This document shows positions 24,767-32,000 of a stretch of DNA of 32,000 bases, piece after piece; position 1 is the first letter of the stretch, and each line of letters begins with the position of its first letter. The notes under the pieces were generated by a model. The model was not told the DNA's origin, did not search any database, and was given only the letters and a program-made list of their open reading frames with translations. The stretch covers positions 1-32,000 of the forward strand of contig JBAYVT010000005.1 in NCBI GenBank assembly GCA_041674405.1, given 5' to 3'. The stretch comes from Patescibacteria group bacterium. Its GTDB lineage: Bacteria > Patescibacteriota > UBA1384 > XYA2-FULL-43-10. The translations under genes were made by a program, and so were the position numbers.

Positions 24767-25996
24767 ATGGCTAGAGAAAATATATCTGTCGGACTAGATA
24801 TAGGCAGCACTAAAGTTACAACATGTGTCGGAAAATTTGAAGATAATGGTGTCGATATTATCGGAATCGGAAAAGCGCCAAATCAGGGTATGAGAAAAGG
24901 GGCAATAGTCGATATCGAAGAGACAGTCTCAGCTATATCCGCATCACTCGAAGAAGCTGAGCGCATGGCTGGAATGCCAATTACTTCTGCGGTCATCGGT
25001 ATAGACGGAGCCCATATCGAGTCTGAAGATAGCAAGGGAGTCATAGCTGTTTCGCGTGCTGATGGCGAAATAACCGAGACGGATATCGAGAGGGTGATCG
25101 AAGCTGCACGAGCTATTCCAAATAAACCAAATAGAGAAGTCCTGCATGTTATTCCAAAAACTTACATAATCGATGGCCGAGACGGGGTTAAAGATCCGAT
25201 TGGGATGCAAGGCATCAGGCTTGAGCTCGACGCACACATTATCTCCACCTCAACAAATGCAATTAAGAGCACGATAAAGTGTGTGGAACAATCCGGTCTC
25301 ACACCGGTTGAAGTGGTTTTTTCACCTCTTGCAACCTCCAAATTACTTCTTTCGAAGCGCCAAATGGAAATTGGCGTCGTTCTTATCGATATCGGTTCAG
25401 CCGGTACATCATATGCCGTTTTCGAAGAGGGTGATTTGATATCCTGTGGCGTAATTCCTATTGGCTCGTCTCATATTACAAATGACGTTGCTATCGGTCT
25501 TCGCACAAGTTTGGATGTAGCGGAACTTCTTAAAATCAAACACGGCTATGCTCTTCCTGACAAAGTTGCCGAAAAAGAAGAAGTCCGGCTGTCGACTTTT
25601 GACAAAAAAGACGAGGGAGTTGCTTCTGTTAGATATGTCTCCGAAATCATCGAGGCAAGGTTAAATGAAATATTGCAGATTGTTCAAGATAAGCTCAAGG
25701 TTATCGGCAGAGACGGCACTCTTCCAGCTGGAGTAATACTAACAGGCGGCGGCGCGAAAATCGAAGGATTGGTTGAGCTTACGAAGGAAACATTGCGTCT
25801 GCCGGCACAGATCGGAACCCCACTTCCTGAGATCAAAGGACTTGTTGACAAGCTAGATGATCCAGTATATGCTACAAGCGTAGGTTTGATGCTGTGGGGG
25901 CAAGGAAGCGGACATACGCGCGTTTTTGCTGACACACATAACATGTCGGGAGCTCTTAAAAGAGCCCGAGATTTTCTGAAACAATTTCTTCCATAA
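24767..25996 (+). CDS. ftsA: Cell division protein FtsA
   Basis: Actin-fold motifs (GLDIGSTKV, VLIDIGSAGT, LTGGGAKIEGL). ATG 24767 follows a GGAGAGGGAG SD. Confidence 0.93.
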   Translation: MARENISVGLDIGSTKVTTCVGKFEDNGVDIIGIGKAPNQGMRKGAIVDIEETVSAISASLEEAERMAGMPITSAVIGIDGAHIESEDSKGVIAVSRADGEITETDIERVIEAARAIPNKPNREVLHVIPKTYIIDGRDGVKDPIGMQGIRLELDAHIISTSTNAIKSTIKCVEQSGLTPVEVVFSPLATSKLLLSKRQMEIGVVLIDIGSAGTSYAVFEEGDLISCGVIPIGSSHITNDVAIGLRTSLDVAELLKIKHGYALPDKVAEKEEVRLSTFDKKDEGVASVRYVSEIIEARLNEILQIVQDKLKVIGRDGTLPAGVILTGGGAKIEGLVELTKETLRLPAQIGTPLPEIKGLVDKLDDPVYATSVGLMLWGQGSGHTRVFADTHNMSGALKRARDFLKQFLP

Positions 25997-26027
25997 TTAA
26001 TAACGGATGGGGTAAGAAAGAGGCGCA

Positions 26028-27179
26028 ATGGTTGAAAAACCAAGTTCTGAACTAGAGAACTTTGCCGTAATAAAGGTTATTGGCGTAGGCGGATCTGGAG
26101 GATCGGTTCTTACACGTATGATCAATTCCAAGCTTAGAGGCGTGGAATTTATTGCTATTAATACGGATGCGCAGGCCCTTGCCTTTAATGAATCCCCGGT
26201 TAAAATTCAAATTGGTAAAGACACTACAAGGGGTTTGGGTGCAGGCGCAGATCCCGAGGTTGGGCGAAAGGCGATTGAGGAAAACAAAGAAGAGGTGTAC
26301 GAGGCCCTTAAGGGCGCCGATATGGTATTTGTTACTTGCGGAATGGGTGGTGGTACTGGCACTGGCGCAGCCCCATTCGTCGCCGATATTGCAAAAGAAC
26401 TCGGAGCGCTCACTGTCGGTGTCGTTACAAAACCTTTTTCGTTTGAAGGGCAGAGACGCAAAAAAATTGCTGAAACTGGCATTTCCGAAATGAAAGATAA
26501 AGTCGACACGATTATTACCATTCCCAACGACAGGCTTCTTCAAGTCATCGACAAAAAAACATCATTATTTGACGCATTTGGAGTAGTAGATGATGTTTTG
26601 CGTCAAGGTGTTCAGGGTATTGCTGACCTCATTACTTTACACGGCATTATCAATGTTGACTTCGCTGATGTAAAGGCAATTATGTCCGATGCGGGTTCAG
26701 CTCTTATGGGTATTGGTCATGGATCAGGCGATAATAGGGCAATTGAAGCAGCACGTGCAGCAATCGATTCTCCTCTTCTAGAGCTTTCAATCGACGGGGC
26801 AAAAGGAATTCTCTTTAATATTACCGGTGGCCCTGATCTCGGCATGTACGAAATCGACGAAGCCGCCAAAGCGATTACCGAAGCAGCAGATGCAGATGCA
26901 AATATTATTTTCGGCGCCATCATAGACGAAGCTATGCAAGGAGAAGTTAAGATCACCGTTATTGCCACAGGTTTTGAATCTGATCACACCAAAATTCAAC
27001 GCACGCCAATCTTACAAGAAAGCAGGCCAACAGAAATTCCTTCTTCTCAAATAATCCGACGCGAGGAACGAGAACCGCAGATCGCCATGGAGCCTGAAAC
27101 TAAAGTTGATCGCGGAATGGACGAAGACGATGAAGACGAACTAGAAGTCCCGGCATTTATAAGGCGAAAACTCAAATAA
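26028..27179 (+). CDS. ftsZ: Cell division protein FtsZ
   Basis: 383 aa. [19 protein letters not shown], and a C-terminal peptide [10 protein letters not shown]. Confidence 0.97.
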   Translation: MVEKPSSELENFAVIKVIGVGGSGGSVLTRMINSKLRGVEFIAINTDAQALAFNESPVKIQIGKDTTRGLGAGADPEVGRKAIEENKEEVYEALKGADMVFVTCGMGGGTGTGAAPFVADIAKELGALTVGVVTKPFSFEGQRRKKIAETGISEMKDKVDTIITIPNDRLLQVIDKKTSLFDAFGVVDDVLRQGVQGIADLITLHGIINVDFADVKAIMSDAGSALMGIGHGSGDNRAIEAARAAIDSPLLELSIDGAKGILFNITGGPDLGMYEIDEAAKAITEAADADANIIFGAIIDEAMQGEVKITVIATGFESDHTKIQRTPILQESRPTEIPSSQIIRREEREPQIAMEPETKVDRGMDEDDEDELEVPAFIRRKLK

Positions 27180-27195
27180 TTACAATATACAAAAA

Positions 27196-27220
27196 GTAGC
27201 CTGAAACACGGCTATTTTTT
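27196..27220 (+). terminator. Weak intrinsic terminator after ftsZ
   Basis: GTAGCC-N8-GGCTAT stem followed by a T6 run. Confidence 0.45.
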
Positions 27221-27223
27221 GTA

Positions 27224-27263
27224 TTGACATACTAGATATAGTTTTTTAAACTATATCTACAAC
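27224..27263 (+). promoter_or_regulatory. nrdR promoter overlapped by a perfect 27-bp palindrome (NrdR-box-like halves)
   Basis: TTGACA-17 nt-TAAACT. TAGATATAGTTT-ttt-AAACTATATCTA spans 27233-27259. Confidence 0.5.
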
Positions 27264-27351
27264 TAATAACTGAAAACTAAAAATCCCTAAGGGGGCCCTT
27301 TGGGGCCTAAAAACGAACGGTAAAATTTCATTCGGCTATTGGTTATAAGCT
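27261..27351 (+). repeat. CTAATAAC leader element, 'filled' paralogue carrying mini-element copy c (27285-27307)
   Basis: ACTAATAACtgaaaactaaaaat-CCCTAAGGGGGCCCTTTGGGGCC-taaaaac...GGTTATAAGC. Homologous to 17410-17488 apart from the GC-rich insert. Confidence 0.55.
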
Positions 27352-27370
27352 ATTAACTTTAAGCTAAACT

Positions 27371-27820
27371 ATGTTGTGCCCTTATTGTAAAAAATCAGAT
27401 ACATCCGTTCTTGACTCTCGAGATGAGATCTCATTTGTGAGGAGGAGGCGAGAGTGCCTTTCATGCTCAGCAAGATTTACCACTTATGAACGCATCGAGC
27501 TTCCAAAACTCAAAGTTGTAAAACGCAACGGAATGCGTGAAGAATACTGCCGAACAAAACTTGCAAAAGGCATAACTATTGCACTCGAAAAACGCCCGTT
27601 CTCTGAGCCACAAATCGATGAAATTGTTTCTGAAATTGAACTTGAATTAATGAAGGCTGGGAAACGTGAAATTGGCTCAAAAGATATCGGAAATATTGTA
27701 ATCAAAAAGTTAAAATCAATTGATGGCGTGGCGTATTTGAGATTTTTGTCGGTATACAAAAAATTTGCCAGTGCTAATAAATTTCAAGTTGAAGCTGAAA
27801 AATTAAATTTAGATAAATAA
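27371..27820 (+). CDS. nrdR: Transcriptional repressor NrdR
   Basis: 149 aa. N-terminal zinc ribbon (CPYC...CLSC) and an ATP-cone. Confidence 0.93.
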   Translation: MLCPYCKKSDTSVLDSRDEISFVRRRRECLSCSARFTTYERIELPKLKVVKRNGMREEYCRTKLAKGITIALEKRPFSEPQIDEIVSEIELELMKAGKREIGSKDIGNIVIKKLKSIDGVAYLRFLSVYKKFASANKFQVEAEKLNLDK

Positions 27821-27829
27821 AGGAGCCAA

Positions 27830-28165
27830 ATGGATGAAAAAAAGGGCAATGAATTGATTCATCTCGGGAAAGACAATTTTGAGGAGATTATAAATGGCGG
27901 CAAGCCAGCCCTGGTTGACTTCTCCGCAACTTGGTGTGGACCATGCCAAATGATGGCTCCGATTCTTGACGAGATTGCAAAAGAGGAAGATTCGTTTGTA
28001 ACAGCCAAGCTTGATATCGATGATGCTCCGGAGATCGCCGCCAAGTATCACGTGATGTCGGTGCCTAGCTTTCTAGTGTTTGTGGGCGGGGAAGAAAAAG
28101 GCAGGATGATGGGCGCAATGGCCAAAGAAGGTTTGGTTGAAAAAGTCAAAGATTTGTTAAAATAG
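27830..28165 (+). CDS. trxA: Thioredoxin
   Basis: 111 aa. WCGPC active site. AAGGAG SD. Confidence 0.93.
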   Translation: MDEKKGNELIHLGKDNFEEIINGGKPALVDFSATWCGPCQMMAPILDEIAKEEDSFVTAKLDIDDAPEIAAKYHVMSVPSFLVFVGGEEKGRMMGAMAKEGLVEKVKDLLK

Positions 28166-28211
28166 CCCAGCTATCGCAGGCTTAAACCATGCCTGTTGTA
28201 AAATAATACTA

Positions 28212-28240
28212 TTGACAAAGTCTCACAATTGTGTTATCTT
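28212..28240 (+). promoter_or_regulatory. Promoter of island C with a palindrome in the spacer
   Basis: TTGACA-17 nt-TATCTT. The perfect 10-bp palindrome CACAATTGTG (28224-28233) lies in the spacer. Confidence 0.5.
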
Positions 28241-28438
28241 GGAAGAGTTGACAATTTCCGGTATAAAAAATAACCGGTGAGCGTCAAGGTTCTTTATATC
28301 TGAAGGCCCCAAAACCTGCAAAGGTGGCGGGGCTTTCGATTTTTCAAAGCTGCGTTTCCCATCGTGAATGGAAATATTCCAAATACGATGGGCAGCACAG
28401 CCTGAAGTCGCAGCAAACAACACAGCAAAGGAAGATGC

Positions 28439-28963
28439 ATGATGCGTTATGTGAAGATCATACTGGCTGCATGGTTGGTGGGATTCATGGTAGCCTACGG
28501 GCTTTCCTTCATCCCACCTCGAGGAGAGATCCTCGACAACATCCTTCCGCCCCATGATATGGGCGGGAAGTGGGAGTTGACCGTCAACTCCACTCCTTGG
28601 CACGGTATCAACGCGTGCAAGTGGGAGTGGTGGGTCGACGATGAAACCCCCACAAACATCGAAAGGTCATTCCTCGTTCGCGGCAGCACCGCTGCCAAGG
28701 TCGAAGGAAGGGCGAGCTACTACGGCCTCGTGCTTGGTGGCTTCCGCCCGTGGATTAGTGCAGTTGGTTGGGGAGCGTTCTTTCTCTGGCTCATCACTTT
28801 TGGCCTGCTACGGCAGAACAGAGTCAAGCCAGGAAGGGAATTGTCTTCTTCCCAACGTCGCGCCCAGTCGCCTTGGCGCGACAGCCGTCGGCAATCAGTA
28901 GCACGAATCCGGCAAAAACGCGCTGTTGTCAAGGCCGTTAACCAGATTCCGATTGACGACTAA
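28439..28963 (+). CDS. Two-TM membrane protein with an Arg-rich C-tail, hypothetical, in GC-rich island C
   Basis: 174 aa. AAGGAAG SD at 28428-28434 (the start may be ATG 28442). TM helices KIILAAWLVGFMVAYGL and ISAVGWGAFFLWLITFGLL. Trp-rich loop. G+C-rich codons. Confidence 0.5.
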   Translation: MMRYVKIILAAWLVGFMVAYGLSFIPPRGEILDNILPPHDMGGKWELTVNSTPWHGINACKWEWWVDDETPTNIERSFLVRGSTAAKVEGRASYYGLVLGGFRPWISAVGWGAFFLWLITFGLLRQNRVKPGRELSSSQRRAQSPWRDSRRQSVARIRQKRAVVKAVNQIPIDD

Positions 28964-29145
28964 GTCGCTCACAGCAGAATGTCTGAGTAGACAGGCGTAT
29001 CGCGCGACCGTTCATATACGGCATGCGTACCGCTCATCGAAAAGCCAACTGCCGGAGTACATGTCAGTGATCGCAATCGTACACCATTCGTACGCAGCGG
29101 ACACTGATGTCACAAAGCCTCTCCCGGGCTTAACAGGGATTTCCA

Positions 29146-29187
29146 ACGAGACCGCCCTCCATAGCGGTCTCGTTTTGCGTCTATTTT
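29146..29187 (+). terminator. Strong intrinsic terminator closing island C
   Basis: ACGAGACCGC-CCTCCATA-GCGGTCTCGT 10-bp stem followed by TTTGCGTCTATTTT. Confidence 0.8.
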
Positions 29188-29433
29188 GATAAGATTCAAT
29201 ATCGAACTGATTTACCTGCACCCTAATACCCCAATCAAACATATACCTCAATAATGTTTAATTTCTTCAACATCAACACTAAACCTTGAAAACGTAGCAA
29301 TTCTTCCGCGGTCGCGACAAAAGTGTTACGTTCTGTATCCAAAGATCTTGAAGGAAATTTCATCAGCATATTCACAAATATTGCTATTCCACCAACGAGA
29401 GACTCCACGACAAGGGTAAAAAAATTACTTTCT

Positions 29434-29442
29434 TGCTATAAT
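29434..29442 (+). promoter_or_regulatory. Extended -10 TGCTATAAT, 6 nt upstream of the helicase ATG (leaderless candidate)
   Basis: TGCTATAAT-tattct-ATG(29449). Confidence 0.5.
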
Positions 29443-29448
29443 TATTCT

Positions 29449-32000
29449 ATGCAGCAAAAAATCGATTTCAATTCATCCTGTGGTCCATCGAATATACTAG
29501 ACGGGCTTAATACCGAGCAGAAAAAAGCAGTCACCCATAAATCTGGCCCGCTTTTGATTATTGCCGGAGCAGGAACAGGTAAAACGAGTGTAATCACGCG
29601 CAGAATCGCTTATCTGATCGAACAGAAACTTGCCAAGCCTTCGGAAATTTTAGCCCTTACATTTACTGAAAAAGCCGCGTCCGAGATGGAAGAGAGGGTG
29701 GACCAGCTTGTTCCTTATGGATATACCGATATGTGGATATCTACCTTCCACGCCTTTGGCGACAGGCTTTTGCGCGATTTTGCCATCGATCTCGGCCTTC
29801 CTGCCAACTTCAAAGTACTTTCAGGTACGGAACAGGCGATATTTATGAGGCAGAATATTTATGCATTTGACCTCAATTATTTCCGACCGGTTGCGAACCC
29901 GATATCACACATTTCAGCGATGCTTTCACATTTCTCACGATTAAAAGACGAATTGATCACACCTGAAACTTATGTTTCTTGGGCACAGAAAATAGAATCA
30001 AAAATCAAAACCCCAAAGGGGTCCCTTCGGGATCACAAGTTTGATGATCCGACAGGTGCAGAAAAAACGCTCGAACTTGCCCATGCCTACCAGAGATATT
30101 GTGATCTCATGATTCAGGCGGGAAATCTTGATTATGGGGATCAGATTTTCTTAAGCTACAAATTACTCTCGGAAAATAAAAAAGTTCTCGCCGAATGCCA
30201 AACAAGATTTAGACATATTCTCGTTGATGAATATCAAGACACAAATCATGCTCAAAATGAGATTATAAAGCTGCTGGCATCCAAGGATAAAAATATTACG
30301 GTCGTTGGTGATGACGATCAATCAATTTATCGTTTTCGCGGAGCCTCAATCTCAAACATTTTGGACTTTGCCGAAACTTACAAAAACACCACCCAAGTAG
30401 TTCTAAATACAAATTATCGTTCAACTCAAGAAATTTTGGATTCATCATACAAACTCATACAAAACAACAATCCAGATCGCCTGGAAGTTAAGAATAAAAT
30501 TAACAAACGTTTAATTTCTAAAACACACGGGGTAAGTCCAGAACTTTTGTTTTGTGATACACTTTCGTGTGAAGCTGATACCTTGGTCAAAAAAATTACT
30601 AATCTTAAAGCCCAAGAAGGTTATAAATATAATGATTTTGCTATTTTAGTTCGCGCCAATAATCAAGCAGAGCCATTTATTCAATCTCTGAACATGTCGG
30701 GGATTCCCTACATGTTTTCCGGTGCATCCGGGCTGTTTGAGCAGCCAGAGATCAAAATGCTCGTCTCATTTCTGAAATGTCTAGTTTACACTGATGACAA
30801 TCTTGCATTTTATCAGCTTGCCACCAGTGAATTATATGGAATCTCACATGACTCAATTGCCGATTTTTACACTTTGGCAAAGAGGGGAAACAGATATTTA
30901 AAATCACTCATTAAATCATATATAAGTAAGCCAGCTGAGCTCAATTTTGGCGAATCCGAGAGAGATAAATTAGTAGAATTGATTTACGATATTGACAATT
31001 TTGCCAATCGTAAAAATGATCCTGTGGGCGAAGTTTTATATGAATATTTAACAGAAAAAAAATATCTAAAGAAGCTGAGTAAAAATCCAAGCGTTGAGGA
31101 CGAGCTTAAAATACATAATATTGCCAAATTTTTTGATCGAATCTCCGAATTCAATCATTCATCAAACGAGAGGGGAGTGCTGAAATTTTTGGAAAACCTC
31201 GAATTGATTCTTGAGGTTGGAGACGAGGTCATTTCTTCTGACATTGATCCCGATATTGATGCGGTTAATATTTTAACCGCACATGCCGCTAAAGGATTGG
31301 AGTGGCCAGTGGTTTTCATTGTAAATTGCGTTGCCGACCGATTTCCATCTCGCAACAAGCGCGATCCACTACCGATACCCGAGGATCTTATTCACGAACA
31401 TCTACCGGAAGGCGATTTTCACCTCGAAGAAGAACGAAGGCTGTTTTATGTTGCTGCAACAAGAGCTAAAGAATATCTCTACCTCACAGCCGGCGAGGAT
31501 TATGGCGGCAAAAGAGCAAAAAAATTATCCCAATTTGCACTCGAACTTCTTGATGAACCAAATTCGGGAAAATTAAAAAACAAACTTAAACCGTTGGAAA
31601 AAATTGAACGATTCAAAAAGTTGGAGTTAAATCACGCTAAATTACCCAATAAATTTAAATCTGAAATTATTAAACTTTCTCGTCAGCAAATTGACGACTA
31701 TTACTCTTGTCCAAAGAAATTTTATTATGCCCACATTATTAAAATACCACTTTTGGAAAATCACTATTTAATGTACGGCACAGCGGTTCATGCCGCACTC
31801 GACCATTATTTCAGCCGCAAAATTTCAGGAGAAAACCCGACGCTCTCACAGCTTCTCGAAGATTATAATCAGGCATTCCGCAATGTCGGCTTCATAACTC
31901 GCGAACAGGAAGAACTGCGTAAGAAGCAGGGGATAGAGACGCTTTCCAAATTCTACGATGAAGATCGAGCGGAGAATTTGATCCCGACCGAGGTTGAAAA
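29449..32000 (+). CDS. UvrD/PcrA-type superfamily-1 helicase with the start of a C-terminal PD-(D/E)XK-like nuclease region (partial, runs off the window)
   Basis: Hand translation is open from ATG 29449 to the window end. Motifs: AGAGTGKT, DEYQDTN, VGDDDQSIYRFRGA, TNYRSTQEIL, TAHAAKGLEWPVVF, EEERRLFYVAATRAK, then a YYSCPKKFYY...GTAVHAALD region. Absent from the ORF track because it has no stop. Confidence 0.9.
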   Translation, partial: MQQKIDFNSSCGPSNILDGLNTEQKKAVTHKSGPLLIIAGAGTGKTSVITRRIAYLIEQKLAKPSEILALTFTEKAASEMEERVDQLVPYGYTDMWISTFHAFGDRLLRDFAIDLGLPANFKVLSGTEQAIFMRQNIYAFDLNYFRPVANPISHISAMLSHFSRLKDELITPETYVSWAQKIESKIKTPKGSLRDHKFDDPTGAEKTLELAHAYQRYCDLMIQAGNLDYGDQIFLSYKLLSENKKVLAECQTRFRHILVDEYQDTNHAQNEIIKLLASKDKNITVVGDDDQSIYRFRGASISNILDFAETYKNTTQVVLNTNYRSTQEILDSSYKLIQNNNPDRLEVKNKINKRLISKTHGVSPELLFCDTLSCEADTLVKKITNLKAQEGYKYNDFAILVRANNQAEPFIQSLNMSGIPYMFSGASGLFEQPEIKMLVSFLKCLVYTDDNLAFYQLATSELYGISHDSIADFYTLAKRGNRYLKSLIKSYISKPAELNFGESERDKLVELIYDIDNFANRKNDPVGEVLYEYLTEKKYLKKLSKNPSVEDELKIHNIAKFFDRISEFNHSSNERGVLKFLENLELILEVGDEVISSDIDPDIDAVNILTAHAAKGLEWPVVFIVNCVADRFPSRNKRDPLPIPEDLIHEHLPEGDFHLEEERRLFYVAATRAKEYLYLTAGEDYGGKRAKKLSQFALELLDEPNSGKLKNKLKPLEKIERFKKLELNHAKLPNKFKSEIIKLSRQQIDDYYSCPKKFYYAHIIKIPLLENHYLMYGTAVHAALDHYFSRKISGENPTLSQLLEDYNQAFRNVGFITREQEELRKKQGIETLSKFYDEDRAENLIPTEVE
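30001..30034 (+). repeat. GC-rich twin-hairpin mini-element, copy d, in frame inside the helicase CDS
   Basis: aaaatcaaaa-CCCCAAAGGGGTCCCTTCGGGATC, encoding KIKTPKGSLRDH. Confidence 0.5.

Noticed and set aside
28176-28200. Terminator after trxA
   Set aside because: The stem is only 5 bp (CAGGC/GCCTG) with a 9-nt loop and a poor U tract. It is too weak to call.
28223-29189. Alternative ORFs in island C (28223..28603 -, 28324..28557 +, 28641..28901 +, 28720..28932 -, 28926..29189 +)
   Set aside because: These are frame shadows of GC-rich sequence with no SD and low-complexity translations. Only the 28439 frame has TM helices plus an SD.
29236-29370. 44-aa minus-strand ORF (MLMKFPSRSLDTERNTFVATAEELLRFQGLVLMLKKLNIIEVYV) in the 260-nt spacer before the helicase
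   Set aside because: It has no SD or promoter and no recognisable domain. It could be a gene remnant, but the evidence is insufficient to call it.
1-32000. tRNA, rRNA, tmRNA, RNase P RNA or SRP RNA genes, especially within the GC-rich patches
   Set aside because: I could not find T-arm-like GGTTCRANTCC stems, the RNase P GAGGAAAGTCC core, a tmRNA tRNA-like end, or the SRP GGAAGCAGC motif on either strand. This was a by-eye search only; a covariance-model scan would be decisive.

Overview
AT-rich, gene-dense window. Hand counts of sample 60-nt lines give about 28-38% G+C. Almost all genes are on the + strand and are housekeeping. Gene content and divergence fit a small-genome bacterium, possibly Patescibacteria/CPR-like, but that is inference only. 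The standard code applies: the ATGA overlap at 8083-8086 shows UGA is a stop. Gene order: nusA, clpC, rel, hisS, trmH-like, rlmD-like, lexA, small Zn-ribbon ORF, abrB-like, mpg, DUF362, LytR_C, two tiny membrane ORFs, PPC/DUF296, trxB, polysaccharide deacetylase, rarA, DUF3048, eno, (minus strand: lytic transglycosylase, small Cys ORF), SprT-like peptidase, HIT, rpsU, yqeY, HD/PgpH-like, ybeY, dgkA, ftsA, ftsZ, nrdR, trxA, GC-rich membrane ORF, and a partial UvrD-like helicase-nuclease. I could not recognise any rRNA, tRNA, CRISPR array, transposase or known defence gene. Five things stand out. (1) Three sharply bounded G+C-rich islands (55-67% in hand-counted lines) each carry a complete promoter-SD-small ORF-terminator cassette. 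One of them forms the only minus-strand block. (2) A 17-nt GTTC-N7-GTTY box occurs twice at the lexA promoter and once at the rarA promoter, and is a putative SOS operator. (3) The promoter TGCTATAAT lies 6-7 nt upstream of the ATG of three DNA-repair genes, which suggests leaderless mRNAs. (4) A 23-24 nt GC-rich twin-hairpin mini-element occurs four times. It shows compensatory changes, a filled-versus-empty pair of paralogous leaders, and one in-frame copy inside the helicase gene. (5) Two hairpins between rel and hisS share the same 9 bp - 1 nt bulge - 7 bp architecture. All functional interpretations of these noncoding signals are hypotheses.
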